A program made the position numbers and the translations under genes. Below the pieces are notes generated by a model. It worked only from the letters and a program-made list of their open reading frames with translations. It was not told the origin of the DNA and made no database searches. A stretch of 64,000 bases of DNA from Octopus bimaculoides (taxonomy: Eukaryota), in the NCBI RefSeq assembly GCF_001194135.2, contig NC_068990.1, positions 30,368,227-30,432,226 of the forward strand. Direction: 5' to 3'. Of the stretch, positions 24,431 to 36,598 are shown one piece after another; the stretch's first letter is position 1; each line of letters opens with the position of its first letter.

Positions 24431-25914
24431 ATAGCATTTGCCTAAGGTGCCACTCAGTAGGACTTGAACCTGAAACTGTGTGGTTGGGACACATACTCCT
24501 CACCACACAGCCACGCCTGTGTCTGATATCGGTGTATTTCAAAATTATTTTAATGTTCTTAATTCCCACTGCTGTGCACGTGGTTGCATTAGTTTCTGTA
24601 TGAGGTACTTTATATATTCCACTTGTTGTCTGGTGGGTACGACCAGAGTAAATATGACTATATTTCTGTGCTCTGTTCAGGATATTACTCAGTAAAGAAA
24701 GAGATCTTAGCTCAACTTCCTCCATCTAACCATCCCCACTATCATCAAAGACCTCACCCCACTGCATTCAACACTGAGTTCACACTCCCATTAGCACACT
24801 TAATCCTACCTCTGCTAATCCTCACCCCCCTCCTCTCATCTGCACTTTCTTCCCTCTCCCCACCCTCTACAGTTTCTGCATCACTACTGCAATCATGGTT
24901 CCTTTCACCTTGGTGGTGGTGCTTGAATCAAGGACAAATTTATGAGGATTCAGTTTCTGAGGGTATTCAGAATAAACTTAAGTTTTGTCTTTAGTCATAT
25001 GTTAATCTTTGTGAACAGTTGCAGTAACTGCTGCTGCTGCTACTACTACCACTACTACTACTGTTATTTCTCAAACGATGGAGATGGCTGATTAGGGAGG
25101 GTGTCTGAGTGGGTTGGGAGTGGATGCAAAGAAATTGAATAATCTTTTGCACACTTAGAAAAAAAGGTGGGTGGGTGGGTAGGCTTAAATTCTAAATAGT
25201 TTTAATTTTAACATCATTTTAATATTTTTTTTTTTCAGTATTGACTTTTCACATTCATTATTTTTTTTTTCCTCAGTAAATTAAATTCAACGTCATTGGC
25301 AGGGAAGATAATATTACCTTCTGTGATGTCATCTGCAAAGAATTCAGTCTGAACTCCTCATCCCCTTCTTTTTATTTTATTTTATTTTCAGAAAAGAAAA
25401 AAGAAAAATGATCAAAAGTATTCTAAATTCAATACATTGAGTCTTTTTTGGCACTTTTTCTCTCTTTTCTTCCATTTTTGTTCTTATTTCGTATTGCTTT
25501 AGCAGAGTGTGACTGTAAGTTTTTGTAAGAAGCAAGTTTGCAGTCCCCACCCTTTCAGTTATCTGGTTAGTGTAGCAGTACATATTTTGCGAATGTCTTC
25601 ATATTAGTAAGGGCATAAACACTACAAATTCCCATGTTATCACTTGAGAACATATTTGAAGCTGCAATAGCTCAATAGCTCAATTGTCTCAGAAAATACT
25701 TTCTCAATTCCTGCCAGAAATTCCTTAATTTACTTTGCTATATTCTGTTGTGCCATTTGCAAATGTATGGGTTTCACAACTTCCTTTTAAAAACTTTAAT
25801 TTGAAATTTAATTAAAAAAGAAAAAAAAAAAAAGGAAAAAATTAGCAGCATCATGGTAATTGTTGTTGAGGGTGTATTTACCATCTTTTATTCATCTTCA
25901 TCCTTTAACATCTG

Positions 25915-26170
25915 TTTTCCATACTGACATGGGATGGAGGATTTGACAGGAGCTGGCAAGGTCGGGAGTCACACCAGTCTGTTTTGGCATGGTTTTTACA
26001 GCTGGATGCCTTACTTAATGCCAACCACATTACAGAATGTACCGAGTACTTATGTGGCACTATCATTAGTGCTTTTTATCACCACCAGCATTAGTGCTTT
26101 TCAAACATGGCACCATCACCAGTGCCTTTTATGTGGCACCATCCATCACCAGTGCTTTTTTTACGTGGGA
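25915..26170 (-). mobile_element. SINE family C copy with internal tandem units
   Basis: Core at ~26000; several agtgcttt..atgtggcacc units. Confidence 0.75.
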
Positions 26171-28119
26171 CCAACTATATATTAGGGTGTAGTTTGATAT
26201 TGTTATAATCTACCATGGGGACATGGTGGAGAGCTTTTGGCTTTCATTGATTACTGCCTAACAATATATTGTGACAAAGTAACTCAGAGACCAGGGTGTT
26301 GCTTCAGGTTGGGCTGCTACTTCTCTGCTTTGAAAAGTCACAGCTTTGTTTGTACAGACAGAATGTGTGGAAAAGAGTTGCAAGATAGACTCACTAAACT
26401 GAGCTGACTGACAGTTAAACTACTAGATGGATGAAGAATGAGAAGGTTTGATAATATCCATAGTCTCAATTGGTCAAACTTAATCCAGCCAGAAACTGAT
26501 GATGGTTGCTTCTGATGGAATGTTATGGAGGCAGTGCCTGAGGGTTCTGTCCCCAGGAACAGTGGGCAGAGAAGATAGATGGATATATTGGGTAAAGATT
26601 GTTTGCCAACATAACATGGCAGCCCTGGTTTAGGACTAATGTTGCTGTAATTTAGCCCTAGGAGACATCATCTCTAGCTGGCTATACGACACAATCTGTT
26701 GCTGAATATCTCATGTTGTGAGATTTAAAAATAATAATTTTTGAATATATTGGGGTTGTGTAAGTTTGGTAACACACAGATCCACACACGCACATGTATA
26801 ACATAAAAGAATAGGGATTTAGAATACAAGAAGGTACCCTATTAGTACTCTGATACAATCCAGATCTGGCTAACCACAATGAATGATAGGGAACTTACAG
26901 AATTGAGATGAACAATTATATCGTACTTCACTCGATAGGTAAATCCAGAGTTTGCTTCATTGGATTTCATACAAATATATATATATATATANNNNNNNNN
27001 NNNNNNNNNNNNNNNNNNNNNNNNNNNNNNNNNNNNNNNNNNNNNNNNNNNNNNNNNNNNNNNNNNNNNNNNNNNNNNNNNNNNNTTAGACAGAAAAGGG
27101 AAAAATAGACGAAAAATGGACGAAAACATAACGAACAGTAAAAGGAGACAAAAATGTGAAAGAAGGAACATTCGCAGCTGATTTTCTCATCAGTTGGTTG
27201 TCGAGACATCTTAGTAGTTTCGCACCTGTTGCTGTGTGATGATGTCTTGGTTTGCCTATGAAATTTCTTAGAGAACTTTCTCCTTTGACATCTTGTTGGA
27301 ATACGCATATTGATTTCACTAAAGCTAGTTCCTTAAAGCTTAAAAGTATTCTAGGCATATTTTATTGCAGAAGAGTTGACTTTAGTATTGATTTTTTTTT
27401 TTCAAATTGCTTTTTTTTATTTGCAATATTTGTGTCATCGTGCTGGTTGTTAGGCTGTAATGTCAGGACATGGATTTGTTATTAGCAGGCATCATATCTA
27501 TGATTGTGTCATTGAAATCCCTCACATGCCAGCTGAGTCTTTTAATTCCTCTGGAATTGGTTAGAAAAAAAATGGAGTGATTGGACTGTTATTTATTGAA
27601 TTAACCACATGTATGATGTCTGTAGTTTTGAGACATGACAGCCATCATATATTCATTCATTGTTTAATGTCTGTTTGTCCATACAAGTGTAGGTTTCGAC
27701 AGGGAGTTATTTGAGACAGGATGTCCATGGTTGGATGCTTCTGTCAGCAACTCTGACTTGTTTTCAAATAAGGGATTTTTATTCCAGAGGTCTTCAAATG
27801 CACAGAGTGACTGGTCATAATGTGGGATACCAACATTCATGAATGTGTGCACACATTTATTTCTACAGTGTATGAATGTCATAAAACCCATCTACAATGT
27901 TTAAAGGCTCTATAATTAACACCTTTATTAAACTCCAATACATTATTACAATACAATAAAAACTAGTTTCCAATTTTGACACAAGGCCAGCAACTTTGGG
28001 GGATGGGGTAAATCACGTTTTCTTTGAATCCTTACCATCCTGTTCTGTTCAGCAACTCTGTAGTTACTACTTCCCTTAGCAGAGCAGTCTTGTACTTGAG
28101 TCCCCCACTCCTACATATA

Positions 28120-28343
28120 TTCTTTTCTACTCTAGGCACAAGGCCTGAAAATTTTTTTGGGGTGTGGGGGGTTGCAGTCGATTAGATCAACCTCAGTATG
28201 CAACTAGTACTTAATTTATCGACCCCAAAAGGATGAAAGGCTAAGTCGACCTCGGTGGAATTTGAACTCAGAACATAAAGGCAGATGAAATACCGCTAAA
28301 CATTTCACCCGGTGTGCTAATGTTTCTGCCAGCTCGCCACCTT
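28120..28343 (-). mobile_element. Well-preserved SINE family A copy
   Basis: ctactctaggcacaaggcctgaaa...gtcgacctcggtggaatttgaactcagaac...ccagctcgccacctt. Confidence 0.9.
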
Positions 28344-28844
28344 AAATACATATATTATACTTGTTTGTTTAACATTGGTTTTTTTCTGTGGTTGCATGGA
28401 TTTAGATGATGCTCTTCCTGTCACCAACCCTTACCAAGTAAGGGATATCTCTATTTCACATGTCTTTGAAAGTGCAAAGAAATCAGTCACAACCTCCACA
28501 ATGGATGTTGATATCAACACAGCATTGCTCTGGAGGCAACAACTTGGAATATATAAACATTGATGCATGCACATATTCTGTCCATCAACTTCCCAAACAT
28601 AGCATTGCTTGGCCTGGGAATATAGTAGAAGGTATTTACCCAAAATGTTGTGCACTGCAATAGAATCTGAATACACCTGGTTGCAAAGCAAACTTCTTAA
28701 TTACTACAGCCATGTGTGTGCCTATAAAACTGTGAGCCTCTAGTTTTCTGCATGTCAGAGGGAGAGCATACTTACCACTGTACTAGAGAATCTCTCCCCC
28801 CCCTCTCTCTCCCTCCCTCTCTCTCTCCCTCCCTCTCTCTCTCT

Positions 28845-28881
<37 letters not shown>

Positions 28882-28936
28882 CATACATACATACATACAT
28901 ACATACATACATACACACATGGTGCACACATGCACA

Positions 28937-30516
28937 CAGCGGTGTTCATAAGTATTCATAATGTCTAGAATAAAATTGATTTTTTTAAAATGTTCCTCTT
29001 ATCACTAATTGGTTTGTAATATCTTTTGTATATTATTTATACTTTATTAATATACACAGTTTCATTTAATTATTAATTTATTTTTACCATGGATAACAAT
29101 CAAAATTCACAGAATTATAGGATGACGTGTGTGCAAAATTATTCGTTAACATTTTGTTTAATAGCTAATTGTGAAGCTTTTATTATTAATAATCATATTT
29201 GATCTTTTTGTATAACTAGAAGACTAACTTAACACAATTTTCTTTTATCAATTTTCCCATTCGTCATTGGCAGTCGTCTCTAAAATGTTCAAATTTTTTT
29301 GCATCTTTTCTGAATCTGAACTTTGAAGTGGTACTAAAGGTTTTCATTTGGATTCAAGTCTGCTGATTGAGATGGCCATTGCAAAATATTAATATCATTT
29401 TCACTGAGCCATGCAATCACTAATTTCAACATATGCTTTGCATCAATATCTTGTTGAAAGATCCAATTGTTTCCAAGTGTCAACTCTTCTGCTGGCACTT
29501 GAAGATTTTCATCTAATATTTTGACATAATCCTATTTTTTTTTTTCATCTGGTCTTTGAAGCAACTACTCATCCTGGGCTGGTTGCTGAAAAACATTGTT
29601 TCCACCACCATGCTTCACAGTAGAAATGGCGTTTTGGGGTTGAAAAGTTTGCCCAGATTTCTGTTTTTGATATGGCCCCAAAGTTCAATTCTGATCTCAT
29701 CAGACCTCAGTGCCTTTCAGCAAAACTGAGCAGCTTTCTTTAACACGCTTTTTTGCATAGTTTAGTTGAGCCTTAATGTAGCTGGGCTTCAGCAGGGTTT
29801 TTTTCTTCTTCTTGCTTTGGCCCGTGCAGAGCCAAATGTCCACAATGTCCTCCCTGCATTTGATGATGAAATGTTTACGCCCAGCTGCCCAAACTGCTTG
29901 CTGACCTTTTTTGCAGTTGCCCTTACTCTACACTCTATTCATCTCACCAGCGTTTGCATGAGTTCATCTCACAACTTTCGTTTTCTTCTGATCCTTTCTC
30001 TATTTGTCACACAACCAAAGGTTTGATATTTCTTAACAATTGATTGCATAGTTAGTATTTTGACAGAAAATCATTTAGAAATCTTCCTCTATCCATTGCC
30101 AGACATGTGAGCTTTTACAGTTTTTTTTCTTAGGTCAACGCTGCTCTCTGTTTTTATATACTAATTAAAATCACAAGAAAAAATGTCAATAGTATTGATA
30201 CGTGTAAGGTTTTATTAATAGTAATATATTTGATATTTTTTTATTTCTAATAGTTTCTGTATCATTTTAAATCAATTTTTAAACAAAAATAGTTATTAAA
30301 CAAAATGTTATAAATGATTTTGCACACGTCCCGTCCTATAATTTTTTGAATTGTGTTAAATTCGTTATCTGTTGCAAAAATAAATTATTAATATACACAA
30401 TCTCATTTAATTATTAAACTATATACAAAATAATATTTAAAAAAATATTGCAAACCAATTGGCGACAAGAAGAGTATATTTTTAAATAAAATCAATTTTA
30501 TTCTAAGTGTTATGAG

Positions 30517-30524
<8 letters not shown>
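28937..30524 (-). mobile_element. Decayed near full-length Tc1-family DNA transposon (DD34E) with ~230-bp terminal inverted repeats
   Basis: Minus-strand remnants: SVDLRKKTVKAHMSGNG..MQSIVKKYQTFG (HTH region), LLKPSYIKAQLNYAKK, RSDEIRIELWG, STVKHGGG, and WIFQQDIDAKH...WPSQSADLNPNENL with 34 residues between D and E. TIRs at ~28937-29170 and ~30285-30524, left end cagcggtgttcataagtattcata. Multiple stops and frameshifts. Confidence 0.92.
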
Positions 30525-30564
<40 letters not shown>

Positions 30565-31756
30565 ACACACACGAGAAAAATGAGAACCTGTATGTAGCTA
30601 GTATAGATGACAAAAGGTGGACATTATATGATGAAATGAGTTTGTTGACATAGTTTGGCTAATTTGATAATTCACACAACAATGTAAACAACTTCTAGGT
30701 AACTTGGTCTTAAAGATTAACTCACCTGGTTCTGTGTATGTTACAACCTATATAATTAGCATTGCTATGAAACGGTTGTAGTCCATGTTTTACCTGTTCC
30801 ATTACTTACTTTCTTAGATATATAATGAATTTGTTATTGATATTTCAAAACTAGAAAAATTTGGTTCTATGGTGGAGTATCAATTCAAGGTTTGAATAGA
30901 ATCAAAAGAATTTGATTTTTGTTTGCCATGAGCTATGAGGACCTCCCCATCCAAAAACTGAAAATAAAAACTAATCCTTTTAAAAATATTGACTGATGCC
31001 AACTCTTTAATTACTAAGATCTATTTACATCAGATTACACCAGCTTACGTTACTTTGTCTTCTGCTAAGATTGTGCACCTTTGCACAAGATTTTTCCTTT
31101 GCAGCCACTCACTGCTGTTACTCTTCTAAATACCATTAGTCGCTGCATGATAAATATTTAGTCTGTAAACAAAACTAGTAACATGCAGAGAAGGTAGGTG
31201 TCTGCATAGACTGCTAAAACTATTTTGGGGCAACAACTCCTTCACCCAAATTTGTATTAGCTACCTTTTATTAAGGGGTTGAGTAAAGGTGTTGCTATTA
31301 CCTTTTGTTAAAGGAATTGTTAGAGGTGTTAACTTTTATTCTTTTGGTTTTAAGGGAACTACTGTAGGAGATATGATGACAGGTTGAAATAGAGATCTTT
31401 GTTAGTCGACTAAGAGATGAGTTGTTAACAAAATCATTCTGGGGTTCTGTGTTATGATTTATCATTCTATGAGTGGAGGGGGTCATTGCTTTTGTTTAGC
31501 TCTAAGTCAGCTCTGATTGAGCATATCTACGGTCAAAGACATGACAACTCTGCTCACTTCATATTTTCTTTATAAAATCACTGAAGACCACAAATCCAAA
31601 TGTGTTATTTTTAACTCTGTAGGGTGGATGTCATTCAAGAGAAATTTGTGTGCTCTTTCTAGCAGGTCATTGCCTGTTTTTCTGTGGTTTCTATGGCTGG
31701 ATGCCCTTCCTAACACCAACCACTTTAGAGAGTGTACAGGGTGCTTTTTACGTGGC

Positions 31757-31815
<59 letters not shown>

Positions 31816-32101
31816 TCCTGAGACTGGTCTCATGATGCTGAATTCCTGTAACTTGGTAAATGGTAATATCTAACTGGCACTGCATGAAGAATACATCTTT
31901 TCACCTGTTTGAAGTTTTATCATTCTTAGATTTAATCTCAATATATGTCTTCTCTCTAATGGTGTTAATAAAACAATTATGTTACTTTAGCTGGCTACAA
32001 TACAAAATTGCCACATTATTACAAAAATCCTTTAAAATACATCAATTATTATTTTCCAATATTGTTTGTTGTTTTTTTAAGCAATTTTTTTTTTCTTTCA
32101 G

Positions 32102-32185
32102 GCTTCGATGGATCTACCTCCTGACAAAGCCAAAGTACTCAAAGGTTACGACGATGAGAAAAAATGGGACCTTATCTGTGATCAG
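32102..32185 (+). CDS. FMNL: Internal coding exon of a formin-like protein (FMNL/Frl), N-terminal GTPase-binding domain: [28 protein letters not shown]
   Basis: Polypyrimidine acceptor ttttttttctttcag (AG 32100-32101) and donor CAG|gtaatt (32186). The exon is 84 nt, phase 0/0. The peptide matches the FMNL GBD motif MxLPPDKA(K/R)xL..YDxEKKW.xICDQ as I recall it from vertebrate FMNL1-3 and Drosophila Frl. Confidence 0.93.
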
Positions 32186-32325
32186 GTAATTTCTTCAAGT
32201 CATATATGTTTGTTTTTATCATTGTTTATTCCCTTTTTTTTATTGCTATTTTATGATGAAAATAACAGAAATTAGTTGTGATTATATTTTGGCAAAATGA
32301 AATGTTTGGTGGATAGAGCTTTTAA

Positions 32326-32923
32326 CCCTTTTGGCATCAACCTGTTTCTGACTGTTCCTGCTTCTATGATAGACATTTTATGTTCCAACTGGTCAGATCC
32401 AGCCTTTCACACCTAGCCTTTAATGCCATACTAAAAATAGTCACATCAAAATCCCAAAGCTACAAAGTAATTCCATAATTAATTCAAAGCAATGTGAATA
32501 AATATGCATTACGTATGACAGAGTAATCTGAATGCTAAAGGGTTAAATTAAAACTGTCCATTAAAATTTTTAGTTCATTTATGTTCCAAACCCCAGTTTT
32601 AATAATTTCAAGATTGTTTCACTAAATTTGGTGAAATAAACACTAGAGATGTTTTGCCCCATGCAGAAAATGCAGGAGCCACTCACAGGTTTCACGAACT
32701 CTTCTAAATCCACCGCAAGGTTGGAAACCCTTCCCTGTTGTCAGCAGATAAATCAGGGTCACTAGCGTTTCACCCCTTAGCCTGTGCACTTCACATGAGT
32801 GGGGCAGCGACAACTGAGCTAGTCTACGAAAGGGTTCCACATGTGGTCTCTTATTCTTCATTATTTTCAAAGTTAATTGAGAAAATAGTTATGTATTTCA
32901 ATAGAAATATGGTAGTGAAAGGG
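32326..32923. mobile_element. Nested piggyBac-like MITEs plus an unrelated GC-richer insert
   Basis: TTAA|cccttt at 32322, and two right ends aaaggg|TTAA (32537-32546 and ~32918-32927). 32385-32546 matches the 48096 MITE; 32547-32640 matches 56480-56590. Confidence 0.7.
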
Positions 32924-34519
32924 TTAAAATAATTTCCTGAGCAAAACCAGACTTGATGGCTCTGCACTTAACAACAGTAAGCTTGTGTGTCAGATGGTAC
33001 AGTCTGCTAATGAAATCCCATTTTTGTCATCACCTTTGTACATACTCAAAGTATTTAGGGTTCAATTTACAAAGGAATTATTTCATATAAAATCTTCATG
33101 AAAGAAAAAAAGTATGTTTTACTTTTCCACTACCTATGTTTCTTCCTTTTTTCTTTTTTTTTTTTTTCTCCTTTGAGCCTGTTTAATATTTATATAGTAC
33201 AAATGCTAATTATGTTTCATAGATGGCATTTAGCGAGACATTTTCAAAAACCCACTGGCTTTAGCTAGATTAGATCTATTCTACTCACTCATTTTTTTTT
33301 CATCCTCTTGCCTGTTGTTTCATCTCATAAATGTTTCATTCATTGATAGCAGCAGCTCACACTCAGTGGAGTGTGGCTATCTGTGTCACCAGTGGAGTCT
33401 ACTTCAAATATGCATATAGTTTATCTTTTAACTGTTGTTAAGCCCCCACCTCTGGTCCCCACCATAAAAAATGAATTTCATGGTGACCACCCTCTCTAAT
33501 TAGTTCTTAATGACTGGGTTTGTCTCCATTGTAAATGAAATTTGCATTCTATCTTGCGTTTCTAGCAGCATTGTTTCCCTGACCTCTGACCCTATACAAT
33601 TGCTAACTCTGTATCAGCTTACCCGCTTGCTTTATTTCAGCTGAAAAGCAATCATGCTTACAGTGTTCAGAGTAAGATTTTATCTGGATATAACATCATC
33701 GTAAATAAATAGAAAGTGGGGCTTTTTGTGATCTGAGATATCCTTTAACATGTGTTCAGCTATAACAACTTCAAGGAGAGAACATATGAGCTGTGAATTT
33801 CATGCGTTTACCAAGAATATATTAGTGTAATAAGGAACTGAACCTGCCATGCTGAAAGCTTACCACATTTGCTATGGCATTTACCTCTGTACATTTACCC
33901 TGTACTAGAATATCATTCCTACACCTGGTACAATGCACTTTTCCTATATTTATGCATTCTAGATTGCATCAGAAATAACTATTCACTGATAAGCTGGACC
34001 CTAATCACCAACACTTCTGAGCCATAAGAACCCAATCAATCTGTGGCTCTATTCTACAGCAGCTTTATAGTTTCCATGTGATGTAGTAGCCTCCTGCTAC
34101 CATCTTTTCTGTGTCTCATCTGTGAAACACAAAATGAAGCTCCTTTCTTAATCCTTTCTATCAAAACATCAGCTGTTTAGAAGTCCCTTTTCTCTCTCTG
34201 TTCCTCTTTGTTTCTCTATTCTTTTTGTCAATATTCTCCACTAACTTCTTTCCAATATAAGTTACACATCAACTGTATTGACCTTATTCAGTCATAGTGA
34301 ATTGAATGAACAAGGACAGCCTAAAAAAGACTAAAAGTGCTTCTGCAAAGGCACCCAACATTAAAACTTTGTCTCTGTGCATAAAATTCAATGAACTCCT
34401 GTTTTCATTAAATTATATTTTAATCTCACTTAATTAGTGCCTCTTATTGCTGATCCTGTCAACAGACAAACAAGACTATATATACCACTTTTCAGAGTTA
34501 TCTCTACAGATTTTCTATG

Positions 34520-34633
34520 GAATTTAGAACCAGCCCTGAAAGTTGTGAGGTTTCGTATGCTCATACATGACATTTTTTACATAGACGTATTCATAGATGA
34601 AACATCATGAATTTCAGTGTTGGTTCTAAATTC
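34520..34633. repeat. 114-bp inverted repeat (MITE-like hairpin)
   Basis: gaatttagaaccagccctgaaagt vs aatttcagtgttggttctaaattc, 21/24 complementary. Confidence 0.7.
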
Positions 34634-34757
34634 TCACTTATATTATGACCTTTGAACCTTACAGGTATGCTGCTGGCTTTCCAGACTTCAATCAAACTGT
34701 CCAACCCATGCCAGTATGGAAAACGGACGTTAAACGCTGATGATATATATATATCTA

Positions 34758-34842
<85 letters not shown>

Positions 34843-35802
34843 ATCATCATATATATATGGTGTGTGTATACACTATATGTATCAGTGTTGAAATTCTATT
34901 TTGAGGAATCATTTTTGAACATCTCTGTATCATTTTACATCAACCTGTCCCATCTTCAATGTTGCCTTGCCATGGCCATGCTGCAACCATTCCACCCATC
35001 CTGGGTATTACTGTTCTTGCATTGAGGTTCTGAAAGCTGTGCTTCTCATCATGTTGCGAAATATTTTTCATAAGTAAAAATAAATTACAGCCTTTTTTTT
35101 TTTTTTCTATTCTCCTTAACTGCATTATTTGAAAGTTATTTAGAAGTTGGGGCTTACAGAGGCTGGTTATTGACTCTGCATCTTAATATTGCCTGTGCAG
35201 CTTAAAGCAGTAGACTCTGCTGCCTTTTATTATTGCAGAATGTTGAGGAGGAATGTAGAATATAGTTAGACCCATGTCACCAATTATAAACTTGGTTTAC
35301 TTACCAAACACGTAACTAAACTAGGAGCTTCTGGTGGTAACCAAATATAGACGAGAATTTGAAGCCTGGTCGGTAATGTATACCTTATTGTAAAGGGCTC
35401 AGATTTCTTTACCTTTTTAATGGTTTTTCTGATTATCTGTTTCAATGGGTTTGACAATTTTAAAATTGTGGTTAGTTGCTTAGAAATAGGGTAATAATAA
35501 TAGTAATAATTCTTTCTAATTTTGGTACAAGGCCAACAATTTTGAGGAAGGGGAGGTAAGTTGACCCCTTCATCATCATCATCATCATCATCATAATAAT
35601 GATGATGATCCTTTCTAACCTAAGCACAAAGCTTGAAATCTGGGGAAGGGATTAAGTTGATTACAGCGACCCCAGTGCATAACTGGTACTTATTTAATCG
35701 ACCCTGAAAGGATGAAAGGCAAAGTCCACCTCAGTGAAATTTGAACTCAGAATGTAGCAACAGACGAAATACTGCTAAGCATTTCGACAGTTCACTGCCT
35801 TG

Positions 35803-35914
35803 CTACTACTGCTGCTGCTACTACTACTACTACTACTACTATTACTACTACTACTACTATTACTACTACTACTACTATTACTACTACTACTACTATTACT
35901 ACTACTACTACTAT

Positions 35915-35972
<58 letters not shown>
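35803..35972. repeat. (TAC)n array with higher-order TAT interruptions
   Basis: TAT at 35843, 35858, 35876, 35894 and 35912 (spacing 15, 18, 18, 18). Confidence 0.95.
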
Positions 35973-35973
<1 letters not shown>

Positions 35974-36484
35974 ATAATAATAATAATAATCCTTTCTACT
36001 ATAGGCACAAAGTCTGAAATTATGTGGTGGGGGGAATAGTTGATTACATCGACCCCAGTGCTTGACTGGTACTCATTGTATTGACCCCAAAAGGATTAAA
36101 ACACAAAGTGGACTATGGCAGAATTTGAACTCAGAATGTAAAGGACGGATGGACTGTTGCTAGCCATTCTGTATGGCATGCTAACGATTCTGCCAGCTTG
36201 TCACCTTAATAATAATAATTATTTCTACTCTGGGCATAATGCCTTGAAAATTTTTGCAGAAAGAGGTTAGTTGATTACATCACCCCCAGTGTGTAACTGG
36301 TACTTATTTCATCAACCTGAGATTTGGACTCAGAATATGAAAATGGATGAAATACTGCTAAACATTTTATTTGGTGTGCTAATGCTTGTGTCAGCTCACA
36401 GCCTTAATAATCCTTTCTATTATAGGCACAATTTTGGGGGAGGAAGCTAGTTAATTTCATCAACCCCCAGTGTTTGACTCCTAC

Positions 36485-36598
36485 ATTGACAGTTCTATAT
36501 TTAAGAGATGAGGAATTATTTACATTATTTACACTTGACAGATATTTGTCCTCATCTTGTTTGTTGTTCACACAACATTTCGGCTGATATACCCTCCT
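36485..36598 (-). mobile_element. 3' fragment of the same hammerhead-tailed element family
   Basis: Minus strand gagggtatatcagccGAAATGTTGTGTG...gatgaggacaaatatc...aattcctcatctcttaaatatagaactg matches 53667-53765. Confidence 0.8.

Larger units (their letters stand above)
1..32101 (+). other. FMNL: Probable very large upstream intron of FMNL (canonical first coding exon not seen in the window)
   Basis: The exon at 32102 starts mid-domain with an acceptor. I found no exon encoding the expected upstream PMP...ELxxRF.xVL segment, although it could lie in an N gap. Confidence 0.6.

Noticed and set aside
25165-25183. G-run clusters (also 15831-15850) as G-quadruplexes
   Set aside because: Only three G3+ tracts, within simple (GGGT)n-type repeats.
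26880-26965. Hammerhead-like string on the minus strand (ccaatgaag...actc/gagt-gaag)
   Set aside because: Both conserved boxes are mismatched and there is no convincing stem I or III.
31860-32189. 109-aa ORF overlapping the FMNL exon in another frame (that frame is also open in the next exon)
   Set aside because: It starts at TTG/ATG in T-rich intron, has low complexity and no homology. An open shifted frame over about 60 codons is plausible by chance.
35741-36039. Poly-Tyr, poly-Leu and poly-Ser ORFs, and the N-spanning ORFs at 3278-3749, 7605-8176, 16789-17249, 20288-20893 and 26842-27308
   Set aside because: These are translations of microsatellites or N runs; no domain content or splice support.
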